A DNA stretch of 64,000 bases, taken from assembly GCA_046542715.1 (NCBI GenBank), contig JBKHAV010000002.1:5396-69395 (forward strand), in the 5' to 3' direction. Below the pieces are notes generated by a model. The model searched no databases, had not been told where the DNA came from, and worked only from the letters and a program-made list of their open reading frames with translations. Position 1 is the stretch's first letter, and the number at the start of each line of letters is the position of its first letter. This stretch comes from Desulfovibrionales bacterium (GTDB taxonomy: Bacteria; Desulfobacterota; Desulfovibrionia; Desulfovibrionales; JBKHAV01). Positions 1-9,736 of the stretch are shown here, one piece after another. The translations under genes and the position numbers were made by a program.

Positions 1-2174
1 GTGTTGAAATCGGTGTCCGGGGTTATGCTGAACAGGGTAACGGAAATCCCGGAACTGTACTCGAGGTCGAAGATGGTGTCTTCGGTCCTGACATGGAACC
101 GCACGTTGGGAATTCTCCCCAGTTCGGTGACCGCCCGGAGGTAGTCCAAGGCTTCTTTCTGTTCGTCTGCATGGTGGAGTACGCCTGTCAGCACCAGATC
201 GACCTTGCGATTTTGCTTCAGTTTGTAGGCGGTGAGCATAGCCAGATTCGATGCATCGAGATCGAGTCCAATTTTCCAGCCCTTTTTGGGCTTGCGCAAC
301 ACCAGGTGCAGCAGCCCTTCCCGGTCCATCTGTTCAGAACTGCCATGCACAAGGACCAGGCCGAGACCGGACTGCTGGGCGCTGCGGATGATGCGGTGGA
401 TTTCCTCCCGGGCTTTCTGATCCCTTGGGAAGCGCATGACAATGACGCTGGACCGAAAGAACGCCCCGCCCAGGGCTTCGATGCCCGCGGCCAGGTTGTC
501 GCTGAATGTGGCCGCATCGATGACGGTCCAGTTCGAAAAGATACCGTCGTCGTGAAAACGGCTGGAAAACTGGTCCAGCCCCTGGGTGAGCTCTGCAGCA
601 TTCCGTTTTCCCGTGAGCCCGAGCATCCGGACAAAACCTTTGGGTGCGGCAAAGTCGCGAAGCAGGGGATAGAGTTCCTCGGCTTTGGCCGGGTTTTGGA
701 CTGGCACCAGAAGATTGGCTTTCCATGTCTTGGCCCTGGGTCCGGCCAGACTCTCAATTTTCTTGGCAGCCCATTCGGCCAGAGCAACGAAAAGACCGCT
801 GCGCACATCGCCGAACGGGGCTTTGAGGTGCCTGCGGATGAGATAGGCGTGCAGAACGAGCACCACCACAACCGCCACCCCGCCGAAGACCGGATTGACA
901 ATGAACATGACAAAAACGCAGCCCACAGCTCCCAGGAGGGAGACGATCCTGGGTATGCGAAGCAGCGGGCGGAAGCTGACCAGGCCGAGCGTCTGCTCGA
1001 TGAACACCACGATATTGATCATGCCGTAGGTGATGAGAAAAAACATGGTGATGAGCGGGGCAATGGCATTCAGATTTCGGAGCATCAGTGCAGCCAGGAC
1101 CAGCGCCCCGGTGATGAGCATGGCATTTCTCGGCTCACCGCCGCGGGTGCGCACACTGATCCAGGAGCTTCCGGGCAGAATGTAATGTTTTCCCAGGGCC
1201 TGCAGTATTCTGGGCGCTCCAACCAGAGAGGAGAGCGCCGATGAAAAGGTTGCCCCCAGAAGTCCTGCCAGAACGGCCGGCCCCCATGCGGAGCGGTCGA
1301 TCATGATCGTGTAGTTGCTCAGCAGTTCATCCGTAGACGCGCTGACCGCCAGCCACCATGCCAGAAACAGGTACACAAGGAGACTCAGGCCGATGGCCGC
1401 AAGGGTCCCTTTGGGAATGGATTTCCGTGGATCCTTGAGGTCGCCGGACATGTTCGCCCCGGCCATGATCCCTGTTGACGCGGGAAAAAAGACGGCGAAT
1501 ACCGCCCAGAATCCGATCCCTGTAAAACCGGTCTCGGGCGCTCCCTGAAAGTCGCCCCACCACTGGATGGACTGATTCAGGTCCCCGGTGAAGACAGTGG
1601 CGGCCACGGCTGCAAGTGAGCCGATGATGACGACCAAAATGACGTACTGCACCTTGAATGCCAGGCCTGCACTCACAAAAGCAATTCCGAACAGGACCAG
1701 GAAGGTGAGGAGGTCGACCACCAGCGGCGGATGCTCGGGAAAGATCCACAGCCAACCGGCTCTGAACCCGAAGATGTACATGGCAACGGCCAGGGCCTGG
1801 GAAATGTACAGGGGAATGCCGATGCTTCCGCCCACCTCGAGTCCCAGGGACTGGGATATGATCGAAAACGCTCCGCCTGCGCCGATGCGGATGTTCGTTA
1901 CGATGGAGGAGAGCGAAAGTGCCGTAAACGTCGTGATGGAAAAGGCCAGCAGGATGATGAGCCAGGCCCCCAGAAGGCCGGCGTTGCCTACTACCCAGCC
2001 TTCCCGCAGGTACATGATTACCCCGAGGATGGTCAGAAGCGTGGGGGTGAATACACCGCTGAAGGTGCCGAAAAGTTTTCTGGATCCATCGGAGCGAACG
2101 ACCTTTTCTTCGACCTGTGCCCTAACTGATGCGGTTGCGCTTCTGGGCTGCTCCAGATTCTGTTCTTCAGGCAT
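1..2174 (-). CDS. APC-superfamily permease, cation:chloride cotransporter (SLC12/CCC)-like; C-terminal end cut by window edge
   Basis: Hand translation of the reverse strand from ATG (complement of 2172-2174; GGAG about 8 nt upstream) gives MPEEQNLEQPRSATASVRAQVEEKVVRSDGSRKLFGTFSGVFTPTLLTILGVIMYLREGWVVGNAGLLGAWLIILLA. That is a typical N-terminus and TM1 of bacterial CCC/amino-acid permease proteins. I translated only the two ends (2040-2174 and 3-60) and both are open; the interior was not checked. An ORF running off the window edge would explain its absence from the ORF track. The plus-strand ORFs 93..1244 and 1588..2388 have antisense-type composition. Confidence 0.7.
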   Translation of the reverse strand, partial: MPEEQNLEQPRSATASVRAQVEEKVVRSDGSRKLFGTFSGVFTPTLLTILGVIMYLREGWVVGNAGLLGAWLIILLAFSITTFTALSLSSIVTNIRIGAGGAFSIISQSLGLEVGGSIGIPLYISQALAVAMYIFGFRAGWLWIFPEHPPLVVDLLTFLVLFGIAFVSAGLAFKVQYVILVVIIGSLAAVAATVFTGDLNQSIQWWGDFQGAPETGFTGIGFWAVFAVFFPASTGIMAGANMSGDLKDPRKSIPKGTLAAIGLSLLVYLFLAWWLAVSASTDELLSNYTIMIDRSAWGPAVLAGLLGATFSSALSSLVGAPRILQALGKHYILPGSSWISVRTRGGEPRNAMLITGALVLAALMLRNLNAIAPLITMFFLITYGMINIVVFIEQTLGLVSFRPLLRIPRIVSLLGAVGCVFVMFIVNPVFGGVAVVVVLVLHAYLIRRHLKAPFGDVRSGLFVALAEWAAKKIESLAGPRAKTWKANLLVPVQNPAKAEELYPLLRDFAAPKGFVRMLGLTGKRNAAELTQGLDQFSSRFHDDGIFSNWTVIDAATFSDNLAAGIEALGGAFFRSSVIVMRFPRDQKAREEIHRIIRSAQQSGLGLVLVHGSSEQMDREGLLHLVLRKPKKGWKIGLDLDASNLAMLTAYKLKQNRKVDLVLTGVLHHADEQKEALDYLRAVTELGRIPNVRFHVRTEDTIFDLEYSSGISVTLFSITPDTDFN

Positions 2175-2388
2175 GAAAGTTCTCCGTAAATCGAAAATGG
2201 CGGGTCCAACGTTTTCAACGTCCATAGCACAAAATATTAAGGAATTCACGACCATTTTCACGAACACCCAGGGCTTCCGAACTCGTCTTTGCTGTTCAGC
2301 CTTTGCACGCTGCGGTTTGCCCCGTTCCCATCCTATGCTACCCTTCACGCGTAGAACACAATCGAGTTTGGAAACAGCGGAGGCATTC

Positions 2389-3915
2389 ATGGCTGAAGAG
2401 AACCCTAACATTTCAGGCAAACACCAATCCTTGTGGATGGACACAACGCAGCAAACCTCCTTTCCCCCTCTCGGGGGGGACCGCTCCGTGGATGTGGCTG
2501 TTGTAGGCGCCGGATTGACCGGTTTGAACACGGCCTTTTATCTCGCTCGGGCCGGTGCAAAAGTGCTGGTCCTGGACGCAAACAGCGTTGCTGCAGGGGT
2601 GTCCGGCCATTCCTCGGCCAAGATCACCTCCCAGCACGGTCTGATCTATACTCATCTTGTATCCACATTCGGCCACGAACATGCAGAGCTTTACGCCCGA
2701 GCCAACCAAACCGGAATGGCCAGATACGAAGAGATCATCAGGGAGTTGGGAATTGAGTGTGATCTTGAACAAAAGGATGCGGTGACGTACTCGTCGCGGG
2801 CAAGCGATGTTTCAGCTCTTGAAAATGAGGTTTCAACTGCCCGGAAGTTGGGCCTTCCGGCCCGCTTCAGCACTGATGTGGACCTGCCGTTTCCCGTTGC
2901 CGGAGCGATCGTGTTTTCCGGACAGGGCCAGTTTCACCCCCGAAAGTACCTGCTCGGTCTGATCAAGGAACTTTTGACCAGGGACGTGACTATTGTCGAA
3001 CAGACACGGGCCCTGGAAGTTTCTGGAGGGTCAAGTCCCACGGTGCGAACCGATCAGGGCACGATCACGGCAAAGCAGGTCATCCTCGCCTCACACTCGC
3101 CAGGGGACTATTCCGTTCTGCTCTACCCGAGAATGAAGCCCAAGCGTTCCTATGTGCTTGGGGTGGAGACTGCCGGAGATTTGCCGAGCTCCATGTATTA
3201 CAGCACGGAGGAGCCGTTTCACTCCCTGCGGACCCATCCCTTCGAAGGAAAGCGTATCCTTCTGGTGGGCGGTCAGAATCACCAGACCGGTCACCATGGA
3301 AGTTCCCTTGATCGCTATCAGGCCCTGGAAAGGTACGCCAGGGAGTTCTTCCGGGTGGAGCGGGTCAGGTACAGCTGGTCCACGCAGGATCAACTGACCA
3401 TGGACCGGGTTCCCTATATCGGAAAGGTGCCTGTCACCCGCAATGTCTTTCTGGCCACTGGATTTGGGGGGTGGGGCATCGCCCATGCCATGGTTGCCGG
3501 AATGCTCTTGTCCGACCTGGTCCTGGGGAAGTTGAACGACTGGAAGATGCTCTATGATCCCGGGAGGGTGGATTTTTCCGGAATGGGGGAAGCGGCCAGG
3601 CAGAACGTCCATTTCCTCACCCATGTGGTCAAGGACCATCTCCCGTCGTCGCAACAGATCGATCCCTCCCGCCTTGAAGCAGGTCAAGGAGAGACAGGGA
3701 AGATCGGCCGCCACAAGGTGGCCCTGTCCCGCGACCTCCAGGGCGACGTGCATGCGGTCTCGCCGATCTGTACCCATATGGGATGCGCAGTGAACTGGAA
3801 CGACGGAGAGCTTTCATGGGACTGCCCCTGTCACGGCTCCCGATTCGATCAGCAGGGCAGAGTGCTCAACGGTCCTGCGGTGGAGGATCTCGAGGGGATT
3901 GATCTGAAGAAATAG
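2389..3915 (+). CDS. FAD-dependent oxidoreductase with C-terminal Rieske [2Fe-2S] domain (YhfW-like architecture)
   Basis: In-frame ATG at 2389 (MAEENPNISG). Dinucleotide-binding motif DVAVVGAGLTGLNTAFYLARAG. C-terminal Rieske ligands CTHMGC...CPCHGS. The ORF-track extension back to 1588 is antisense to the upstream permease. Confidence 0.85.
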   Translation: MAEENPNISGKHQSLWMDTTQQTSFPPLGGDRSVDVAVVGAGLTGLNTAFYLARAGAKVLVLDANSVAAGVSGHSSAKITSQHGLIYTHLVSTFGHEHAELYARANQTGMARYEEIIRELGIECDLEQKDAVTYSSRASDVSALENEVSTARKLGLPARFSTDVDLPFPVAGAIVFSGQGQFHPRKYLLGLIKELLTRDVTIVEQTRALEVSGGSSPTVRTDQGTITAKQVILASHSPGDYSVLLYPRMKPKRSYVLGVETAGDLPSSMYYSTEEPFHSLRTHPFEGKRILLVGGQNHQTGHHGSSLDRYQALERYAREFFRVERVRYSWSTQDQLTMDRVPYIGKVPVTRNVFLATGFGGWGIAHAMVAGMLLSDLVLGKLNDWKMLYDPGRVDFSGMGEAARQNVHFLTHVVKDHLPSSQQIDPSRLEAGQGETGKIGRHKVALSRDLQGDVHAVSPICTHMGCAVNWNDGELSWDCPCHGSRFDQQGRVLNGPAVEDLEGIDLKK

Positions 3916-4088
3916 CCTGTCCCGGTCACCGGTTTCATTCTGATCGATACACAAGGGTCGTATTAATCGGATTCCCCAAGATTCAGAAAAAAATTGCAGC
4001 CACTGAAACTTCCACTTGACCGGACCGCTACAGTTCGTAATCACGGAAATGGAAGTCTCAAAACATTTTGCGTGTTCGGAGAAGGCCC

Positions 4089-4550
4089 ATGAAAAAATGG
4101 ATCGTCTGCATCGTGATCTTGACGCTTGCCCTGGCCGGGATGGCAGGATGTGCGCCAAGCCGTGAAGGCAAGGTGTATTCGCGTTCCCAGGCCCGGGTCA
4201 TGCACGACGTGCATTACGGCACGGTTCTTCAGGTCGAACCGGTCACCATCGAAGGGACCAGGTCCGGATTCGGGACGCTAGGGGGAGCTTTGGTGGGCGG
4301 TGTTCTCGGAAGCCTCATCGGGAGAGGAAAGGGCAGAACCCTGTCCACAGTGGGTGGCGCACTCGGCGGCGCTGCTGCCGGAGCAGGCGGAGAAGAGGCC
4401 GTGACCAGCAAGGATGCCATTGAAATCGCCGTGGAACTCGACAACGGCGAAATCGTGTCCATCGTCCAGGAGCCGGACGTGGTCTATCGTACCGGTGACC
4501 GGGTGCGGGTTCTCACGGCACCTGACGGTTCGGCCAGGGTTCGGCAATAA
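4089..4550 (+). CDS. Outer-membrane lipoprotein, glycine-zipper (SlyB/PCP-like)
   Basis: ATG at 4089 after GGAGAAGG. Lipobox LALAGMAGC. Gly-zipper GGALVGGVLGSLIG...GGALGGAAAGAGG. Confidence 0.8.
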   Translation: MKKWIVCIVILTLALAGMAGCAPSREGKVYSRSQARVMHDVHYGTVLQVEPVTIEGTRSGFGTLGGALVGGVLGSLIGRGKGRTLSTVGGALGGAAAGAGGEEAVTSKDAIEIAVELDNGEIVSIVQEPDVVYRTGDRVRVLTAPDGSARVRQ

Positions 4551-4812
4551 TCCACGCCACTTTTTGGCACAATGGCGGGCCTCTTCAGTGAAAGGCTTGT
4601 CCAAAATTCCATTCCCATATTGGAGCAGATGCCCCGAGGTTTTTGATGACTGCAGACCAGCGCGAGAACACGCCTCTGTGCGTGGACCATTGGAGTCGGG
4701 TCAACGATGCCGCATGTCTGGTCATGCGTTGGACTCCAGCAGGCAAGTTCAGGTGGGAATCGTCTTGAATCGGATCGAGGCGTGAGTCCCAATGTTGAAG
4801 AGAAGGGAATCA

Positions 4813-4833
4813 ACGGGGGCAAAAAACCCCCGT
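4813..4833 (-). terminator. Hairpin about 20 nt downstream of the skp-like gene (possible terminator)
   Basis: ACGGGGG / CCCCCGT 7-bp stem with a T-rich loop on the minus strand. There is no clean trailing U-tract. Confidence 0.35.
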
Positions 4834-4853
4834 CATCCCATTCATATCGAAAT

Positions 4854-5387
4854 TTACTCGGTCTGCTGCGTCCCGTTTTCCGTGCCGTTCTGCGGGCTTT
4901 CCGGTGCAATTGAACCGGATTCCTCGGAAGGAGACAGATCAATGTCGAGCTGATCGAATTCCTCAATGATCTCGTCGGTAATTTCCAGTTCGTCGCTGGA
5001 GGAAATGACTGTTTCTTTTGACAGGAGGACACTGAAATTGTTTCGTTCCCGATACTCTTCCAGCAGCCTCTGGAATCGTTCATTCAGGATACCGACCACG
5101 CGTTGCTGTTCCTGTTCGATCCTGCCTTGATAGCGTGTAATGGCTTCCTGCATCTTCTGGGCACTTTCCTCAGTCTGCTCCTGACCCTGCATCTGACCGA
5201 ACTCCTGCTGAAACTGGTCATTGATGCCCTGCAGGTATTGCATTCCTTCCTGTCCAGCCCTGGATTCCTGAAACACCCGGTTCACGTCCACAACACCGAT
5301 CTGCTGGGCATTCCCGAGAGGTTTCGTACATCCTGCGGCCATCATTCCCAGAACCAGAAGAACTATTCCCATTTTCATTCGTTTCAT
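4854..5387 (-). CDS. OmpH/Skp-family periplasmic chaperone-like lipoprotein
   Basis: ATG at complement of 5385-5387 with GAGGAG upstream. Signal peptide and lipobox MKRMKMGIVLLVLGMMAAGC. Q/E-rich coiled-coil body (QQEFGQMQGQEQTEESAQKMQEAITRYQGRIEQEQQ) typical of Skp. Confidence 0.75.
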   Translation of the reverse strand: MKRMKMGIVLLVLGMMAAGCTKPLGNAQQIGVVDVNRVFQESRAGQEGMQYLQGINDQFQQEFGQMQGQEQTEESAQKMQEAITRYQGRIEQEQQRVVGILNERFQRLLEEYRERNNFSVLLSKETVISSSDELEITDEIIEEFDQLDIDLSPSEESGSIAPESPQNGTENGTQQTE

Positions 5388-5574
5388 GCTGTGCTCCTCG
5401 TCTTCGATTTTTGTTCGCCAAAACAGGATCTTGCCATAATTTTTGAACATGTCCAATGAAAAGAAAAGGGCCTGGAAATCCGCCTGGCCAAAAAAATCAA
5501 CTTTCTCTGGACGATGCCCCACCCTTTCGGGTTATCCTGCAAGTACCATTGATGATCCAGGAAAGGAGGGAATC

Positions 5575-5934
5575 ATGAAGAGGCAGATTTCAGGCGCTGT
5601 CCTCGTGGTGTTGCTTCTGGCTGCAGGTATCGGTCTCGTGGGTGTTCCTGGTGCCTGTGCCGCATCGGATGAGATCCAGATCGCTGTTAAGGACAATTCT
5701 TTCGAGCCCCGACAGATAACAATCCAAAAAGGGCAGACCGTAAAATGGACCAATGAGGGGCAAAACACCCATACCGTGACCAGCGGGACAGACTGCTCAA
5801 AGAACGGCCAGTTCAACTCCTGGATAGCTCCTGGCGAAAGTTTCACCCACACCTTTGAAAAAACAGGCGAGTATCCTTACTTCTGCATACCTCATTGCGC
5901 TAAGGATATGACAGGGACGGTGATTGTGGAATGA
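5575..5934 (+). CDS. Secreted cupredoxin (plastocyanin/azurin-like copper-binding protein)
   Basis: ATG at 5575 after AGGAGG. Signal peptide. Type-1 Cu ligand pattern HTVTS...YFCIPHCAKDMTG. Confidence 0.8.
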   Translation: MKRQISGAVLVVLLLAAGIGLVGVPGACAASDEIQIAVKDNSFEPRQITIQKGQTVKWTNEGQNTHTVTSGTDCSKNGQFNSWIAPGESFTHTFEKTGEYPYFCIPHCAKDMTGTVIVE

Positions 5935-5970
5935 AGCACGAGGTTTCCATAGGTGATTTCACTCGAACAG

Positions 5971-6011
5971 TCAGGACAGGAAGAAGGCTGGTGCCCCGCT
6001 TCCTGCCCTGA
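5971..6011. terminator. Long imperfect hairpin between convergent genes
   Basis: TCAGGACAGGAAG ... CTTCCTGCCCTGA, a 13-bp stem with one mismatch. No U-tract. Confidence 0.35.
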
Positions 6012-6025
6012 CCCCGGGAGTCCCT

Positions 6026-6271
6026 CTAGCGGCGTCTTTCGGCTGCTGATTTGAGTGCCTCAAAAGTCGGCGGCCACAGGCCCACGAAAATCGCTTCCTC
6101 TCGTCTCCCTTTGAGAAACAGCGCAATGGATGCCCCGATGGAGGCGATGGTGAGAATGTGAAAGATGCTCACCCGGGTCACCCTGGTCGTCGAGTTGTCC
6201 ACGGTCCGGATGATCGATTCAGCCACGTCATCTCTTCTGGTCTCCAGATTTTCTCTTGTCATTGTTTCCAT
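6026..6271 (-). CDS. Small hypothetical membrane protein (81 aa, one TM)
   Basis: GGAGGG RBS before the ATG. Single hydrophobic helix VSIFHILTIASIGASIALFL. No family recognised. Confidence 0.55.
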   Translation of the reverse strand: METMTRENLETRRDDVAESIIRTVDNSTTRVTRVSIFHILTIASIGASIALFLKGRREEAIFVGLWPPTFEALKSAAERRR

Positions 6272-6478
6272 AGTGTCCCTCCAAAAAAATGGTTAGATGG
6301 CGCCAGTATCTCACATCAGAAAGGACCGGGGAACGGAAAAATGAATTTTCCTTCCGAATTTTTCGGGGCAAGGAAACCGTTTGCCATTCCCATGGGTTGT
6401 CCCCTATCAGGGTTTGCAGGTGTTGCGCGTTGAAGGGCAAAACAGTCGAACATTCGCAGGATTCTTCAGGGGCTCGCA

Positions 6479-7015
6479 TTGGACAGATTGAAGCGTGCTG
6501 ATTCCGTGCTCATCATTGTTGCCGGGGTTTCCGGGTCTGGAAAGAGCACTATTGGACGCCTTCTTGCCGCAGCCCTTGACTGGCCGTTTTTTGAAGGGGA
6601 TGATTTTCATCCCGCAGACAATATTCAGAAGATGCGTTCCGGAATTTCCCTGGGTGATGCGGATCGGAAGCAATGGCTCACGCGACTGAAAGCGCAGATC
6701 AGAGTCCTGCACAAAGCAGGGCAATCCGCAGTGATCTCATGCTCTGCTCTGAAGCGTTCTTACAGGGATGCGCTCTCAGAGGATCATGACCAGGTCTTTT
6801 TCGTTTTTCTCAAAGCGGACAGGGATACCATCCGCCGACGCTTGCAGGGTCGGACCGGCCACTTCTTTCCGCCGGAACTGATGGAGAGTCAATTCAGGGA
6901 GCTTGAAGAACCTGGAAACGCACTCGTTCTCGATGCGGCCCTTCCCCCTGACCGGCTTGTGAAGATGATTGCCGAAGAATACAACCTCAAAAGAAACTTG
7001 ATGGATCAGACCTGA
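6479..7015 (+). CDS. gntK: Gluconokinase (GntK/IdnK family)
   Basis: TTG start at 6479. P-loop GVSGSGKST. Family motif EGDDFHPADNIQKMRSGISLGDADRKQWL. Confidence 0.85.
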   Translation: MDRLKRADSVLIIVAGVSGSGKSTIGRLLAAALDWPFFEGDDFHPADNIQKMRSGISLGDADRKQWLTRLKAQIRVLHKAGQSAVISCSALKRSYRDALSEDHDQVFFVFLKADRDTIRRRLQGRTGHFFPPELMESQFRELEEPGNALVLDAALPPDRLVKMIAEEYNLKRNLMDQT

Positions 7016-7053
7016 TCCTGTTGAATTTCCCAAATACCCAAGGAGCTCAAGCC

Positions 7054-7536
7054 ATGAACAGCCGCAGGGTTCTCCTCTTTCTTCTCTGGGTCGGAGCCGG
7101 TTTCGGAGGCTGGTATGTTTCCGTTTTTCTGTTCAGAACCCTTATCTCGCCTGTCATTCCGGAACTTCTTGGATCAATACCGGACGGGTTCATGGAAAGG
7201 ACGTTCATTTTTATCTCGTCCCATCTGGCAGAATGGGTTCTGGCCTTCTTGCTCTGCATGGTGCTGGGTGTCTTTACTGGATTGACTTTCCTGCGATTCC
7301 TCGGATTCGTGATCGCCCTGGTGTGTGTGGACGCCTGGTATTTTATCAGCCAGTATCTTGCCTTTACGAACATGTACGAGGCTGTTCCCCGAGGGACCCA
7401 TATGATCTATTTGCAAGGCTTTTTCTCGTTTTTTGTGCTCACTCCTTTTATTGCTCTGGTGGGGGGGCTTGCAGGTCACAAAATGGGCGCGCATTCCGCA
7501 ACCCCACGGAAATCAAAACCGCGAAACACAAGGTGA
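7054..7536 (+). CDS. Hypothetical integral membrane protein
   Basis: ATG at 7054 after AAGGAG. About 4 predicted TM helices. No family recognised. Confidence 0.6.
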   Translation: MNSRRVLLFLLWVGAGFGGWYVSVFLFRTLISPVIPELLGSIPDGFMERTFIFISSHLAEWVLAFLLCMVLGVFTGLTFLRFLGFVIALVCVDAWYFISQYLAFTNMYEAVPRGTHMIYLQGFFSFFVLTPFIALVGGLAGHKMGAHSATPRKSKPRNTR

Positions 7537-7546
7537 TTTATTATCC

Positions 7547-8722
7547 ATGAAATCGCTGTATCTGAAAAAAAACGAAGAAAAAAGGATCATTGCCGGCCAC
7601 CTCTGGGTGTTCAGCAATGAGGTGGACGTGAAAAAAAAGTCCCTTTCCTCGTTTGAACCAGGAGAACCGGTTCGAATCGTCTCCCAATCAGGCACCCCGC
7701 TGGCATCAGGATACGTCAATCCCAAAAGCCTGATCTGCGCCCGGATCATGTCCCGGGATGCAGCAATGAAATTTGATTCGACCCTTCTGCGGGAACGCGT
7801 TCGCACCGGACTAGCTCTTCGCCAAAAGATATTCAAGGAGCCGTACTATCGACTCGTGTTCGGAGAATCAGACAGGGTTCCCGGACTGGTTGTGGACAGG
7901 TTTGGTGACATTCTCGTGGTCCAGGTCACAACGGCAGGAATGGAGCGATTGATACCCGATCTCCAGGACATTCTCGTGGAACTGATTTCTCCCAAGGGGA
8001 TTTTGTGGAAAAACGACGCGTCATCCAGGGAGATGGAAGGGCTCCCTTCCACAGTCAACCAGTGGGGTGACGTGCCCCGCGTGGGCACGGTCCTGGAAAA
8101 CGGGATCACCTACTCCTTTCCCCTCACAACAGGGCAGAAGACCGGCTGGTATTTCGACCAGCGCGAGAACAGGCGACGTTTCGCCGCCTATTGCAGGGAA
8201 GCGGACTCCGTTCTTGATCTTTTTTCCTATGTGGGCGGAACGGCTGTTTTGGCTGCGCGTTCAGGAGCCAGGCGGGTGGTGTGTGTCGACTCCTCTGCAC
8301 AGGCCCTGGAATATGTCGATCACAACAGCCGGGAAAACAGGATGGAGTCCCGGATCGAATCAATAGCAGGAGACGGATTTGACGTGCTCAAATCCATGCG
8401 GGGCGAACGGTTTTCCGTGGTCATGCTCGACCCTCCGGCGTTCATCAAACGCAAAAAAGACGTGCCCAGTGGAATGGAGGCGTACACCCGCTTGAACACC
8501 CTGGCACTGAATCTTGTCCAAAAGAGCGGGATTTTGATCTCCTGTTCCTGTTCTCAGCACCTGTCCCTTGACGGGCTGATGAACATTGTCCGGCGCTCCG
8601 GACTCAAGTCGGGGAGAAACATCCGTGTTCTGGAGTTTGGACACCAGGACCGGGATCACCCTGTTCACCCGGCCATGCCGGAGACCAACTACCTGAAAGC
8701 CGTTGTGTGCTGGGTGGAATAG
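7547..8722 (+). CDS. rlmI: Class I SAM-dependent 23S rRNA (cytosine-C5) methyltransferase, RlmI-like (PUA + MTase)
   Basis: ATG at 7547. N-terminus KKNEEKRIIAGHLWVFSNEV (PUA-type). GQKTGWYFDQREN. DLFSYVGG SAM motif. DPPAF. Confidence 0.85.
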   Translation: MKSLYLKKNEEKRIIAGHLWVFSNEVDVKKKSLSSFEPGEPVRIVSQSGTPLASGYVNPKSLICARIMSRDAAMKFDSTLLRERVRTGLALRQKIFKEPYYRLVFGESDRVPGLVVDRFGDILVVQVTTAGMERLIPDLQDILVELISPKGILWKNDASSREMEGLPSTVNQWGDVPRVGTVLENGITYSFPLTTGQKTGWYFDQRENRRRFAAYCREADSVLDLFSYVGGTAVLAARSGARRVVCVDSSAQALEYVDHNSRENRMESRIESIAGDGFDVLKSMRGERFSVVMLDPPAFIKRKKDVPSGMEAYTRLNTLALNLVQKSGILISCSCSQHLSLDGLMNIVRRSGLKSGRNIRVLEFGHQDRDHPVHPAMPETNYLKAVVCWVE

Positions 8723-8748
8723 AGCGGGGCAGTTCCCGTCATCATCCG

Positions 8749-9630
8749 TCATTTGTCATTCAAGCTTGGCTCAAGCGTATCCCGTGCACGTTCGGGAAGA
8801 CATTGTGCAAGCTCGTCCCGGTTGAGCAGGACAATCTGCTGCTCGCGGGGTGATCGCAAATCAATGTCGAGCAATCGCAGGTGCTGCAGAAAGTAGAACA
8901 CCAGGGCCTTGCGCAGGGCAATGCTGCGGAAGCCGTTCTTCATGCCATAATCCCTGGCGATGATCTCCTGTTGGGTCGGGCTTAGCTCGGGATGAGGCCC
9001 GATTTTCACCTCTGCTTTTTCTCTCCAGAAATGGTCATCTGTTGGAGGTACATACTCCTCTTCCCTTCCTGCGACCACAGCGATGCGAATGAGCACGAAA
9101 TCCCTGAACCCCCGGCTCGAATGACAATATGCCCGGACGTGCCAGCGGCTTCCGTCATAAACAAAGGCGTGGGGCGAAATAATCCGCATGGTTGGGGCAT
9201 CCGAAGTCATGGACTGGTATAGGATTCGCAAAGAAAATCCATCACGGATGGCTTCGATGGTTTTTTGGAGCACTCCAGGCTCCACCCGACGCTGGAGAGG
9301 TCGAACAACGTCACACCCCGGTCCGGTCTGGGCAAATCCAACGATGCCGAGGTCCTTCCCATCCTTTGCCTGGACAAGATGATTGAAATATCCTTCAGGC
9401 GATGGGGAGATGAGCAGGGGAGAAAACTCTCGGGCCCGGACGTACCGCTTATTGCTCAGATCGTAGCGAATATTTTCCGGAGCGATCTCCTGATACCTCT
9501 TGAGCAAAATGCTGGCCTGGGGCCGGGAAACCCCGAAAAACTCCATCAGATCTTTTCGGGTGACAGCGTTTTCCCAATACAGTTTGAACTCAATGTACTC
9601 CAACTGCTGCCGGGCAAGACGTTTTTCCAT
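8749..9630 (-). CDS. WYL-domain transcriptional regulator (wHTH-WYL-C-terminal extension; BrxR/CapW-like size and layout)
   Basis: N-terminal wHTH VTRKDLMEFFGVSRPQASILLKRY. WYL core ISPHAFVYDGSRWHVRAYCHSSRGFRDFVLIRI. GAGG RBS. Confidence 0.8.
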   Translation of the reverse strand: MEKRLARQQLEYIEFKLYWENAVTRKDLMEFFGVSRPQASILLKRYQEIAPENIRYDLSNKRYVRAREFSPLLISPSPEGYFNHLVQAKDGKDLGIVGFAQTGPGCDVVRPLQRRVEPGVLQKTIEAIRDGFSLRILYQSMTSDAPTMRIISPHAFVYDGSRWHVRAYCHSSRGFRDFVLIRIAVVAGREEEYVPPTDDHFWREKAEVKIGPHPELSPTQQEIIARDYGMKNGFRSIALRKALVFYFLQHLRLLDIDLRSPREQQIVLLNRDELAQCLPERARDTLEPSLNDK

Positions 9631-9655
9631 GGTTCCTCGCTCATATCTTCTTGAC

Positions 9656-9707
9656 TAATAGGGATATTTTTTATACCCTAATTAAAAATTAAAAGCATAA
9701 TACCCTT
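9656..9707. promoter_or_regulatory. AT-rich divergent promoter region with TAGGG/CCCTA inverted repeat and a repeated ATACCCT motif
   Basis: TAATAGGGATAT-TTTT-TATACCCTAATTA, followed about 20 nt later by AATACCCT. Lies between the WYL gene start and the zinc-ribbon mini-ORF. Confidence 0.3.
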
Positions 9708-9736
9708 CAGGCAAAAAGAACGCAAGGACGGCATCG

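Noticed and set aside
93-1244. 383-aa plus-strand ORF at the window start.
   Set aside because: Its composition (H/D/G/Q/E-rich, no hydrophobic core pattern) is typical of the antisense frame of a GC-rich gene. The reverse strand encodes a convincing permease N-terminus starting at 2174, and I infer it spans this region.
1588-2388. N-terminal 267-aa extension of the FAD/Rieske ORF in the track (775 aa total).
   Set aside because: The extension is antisense to the permease gene and has nonsense-like composition. The GxGxxG domain begins shortly after the in-frame ATG at 2389.
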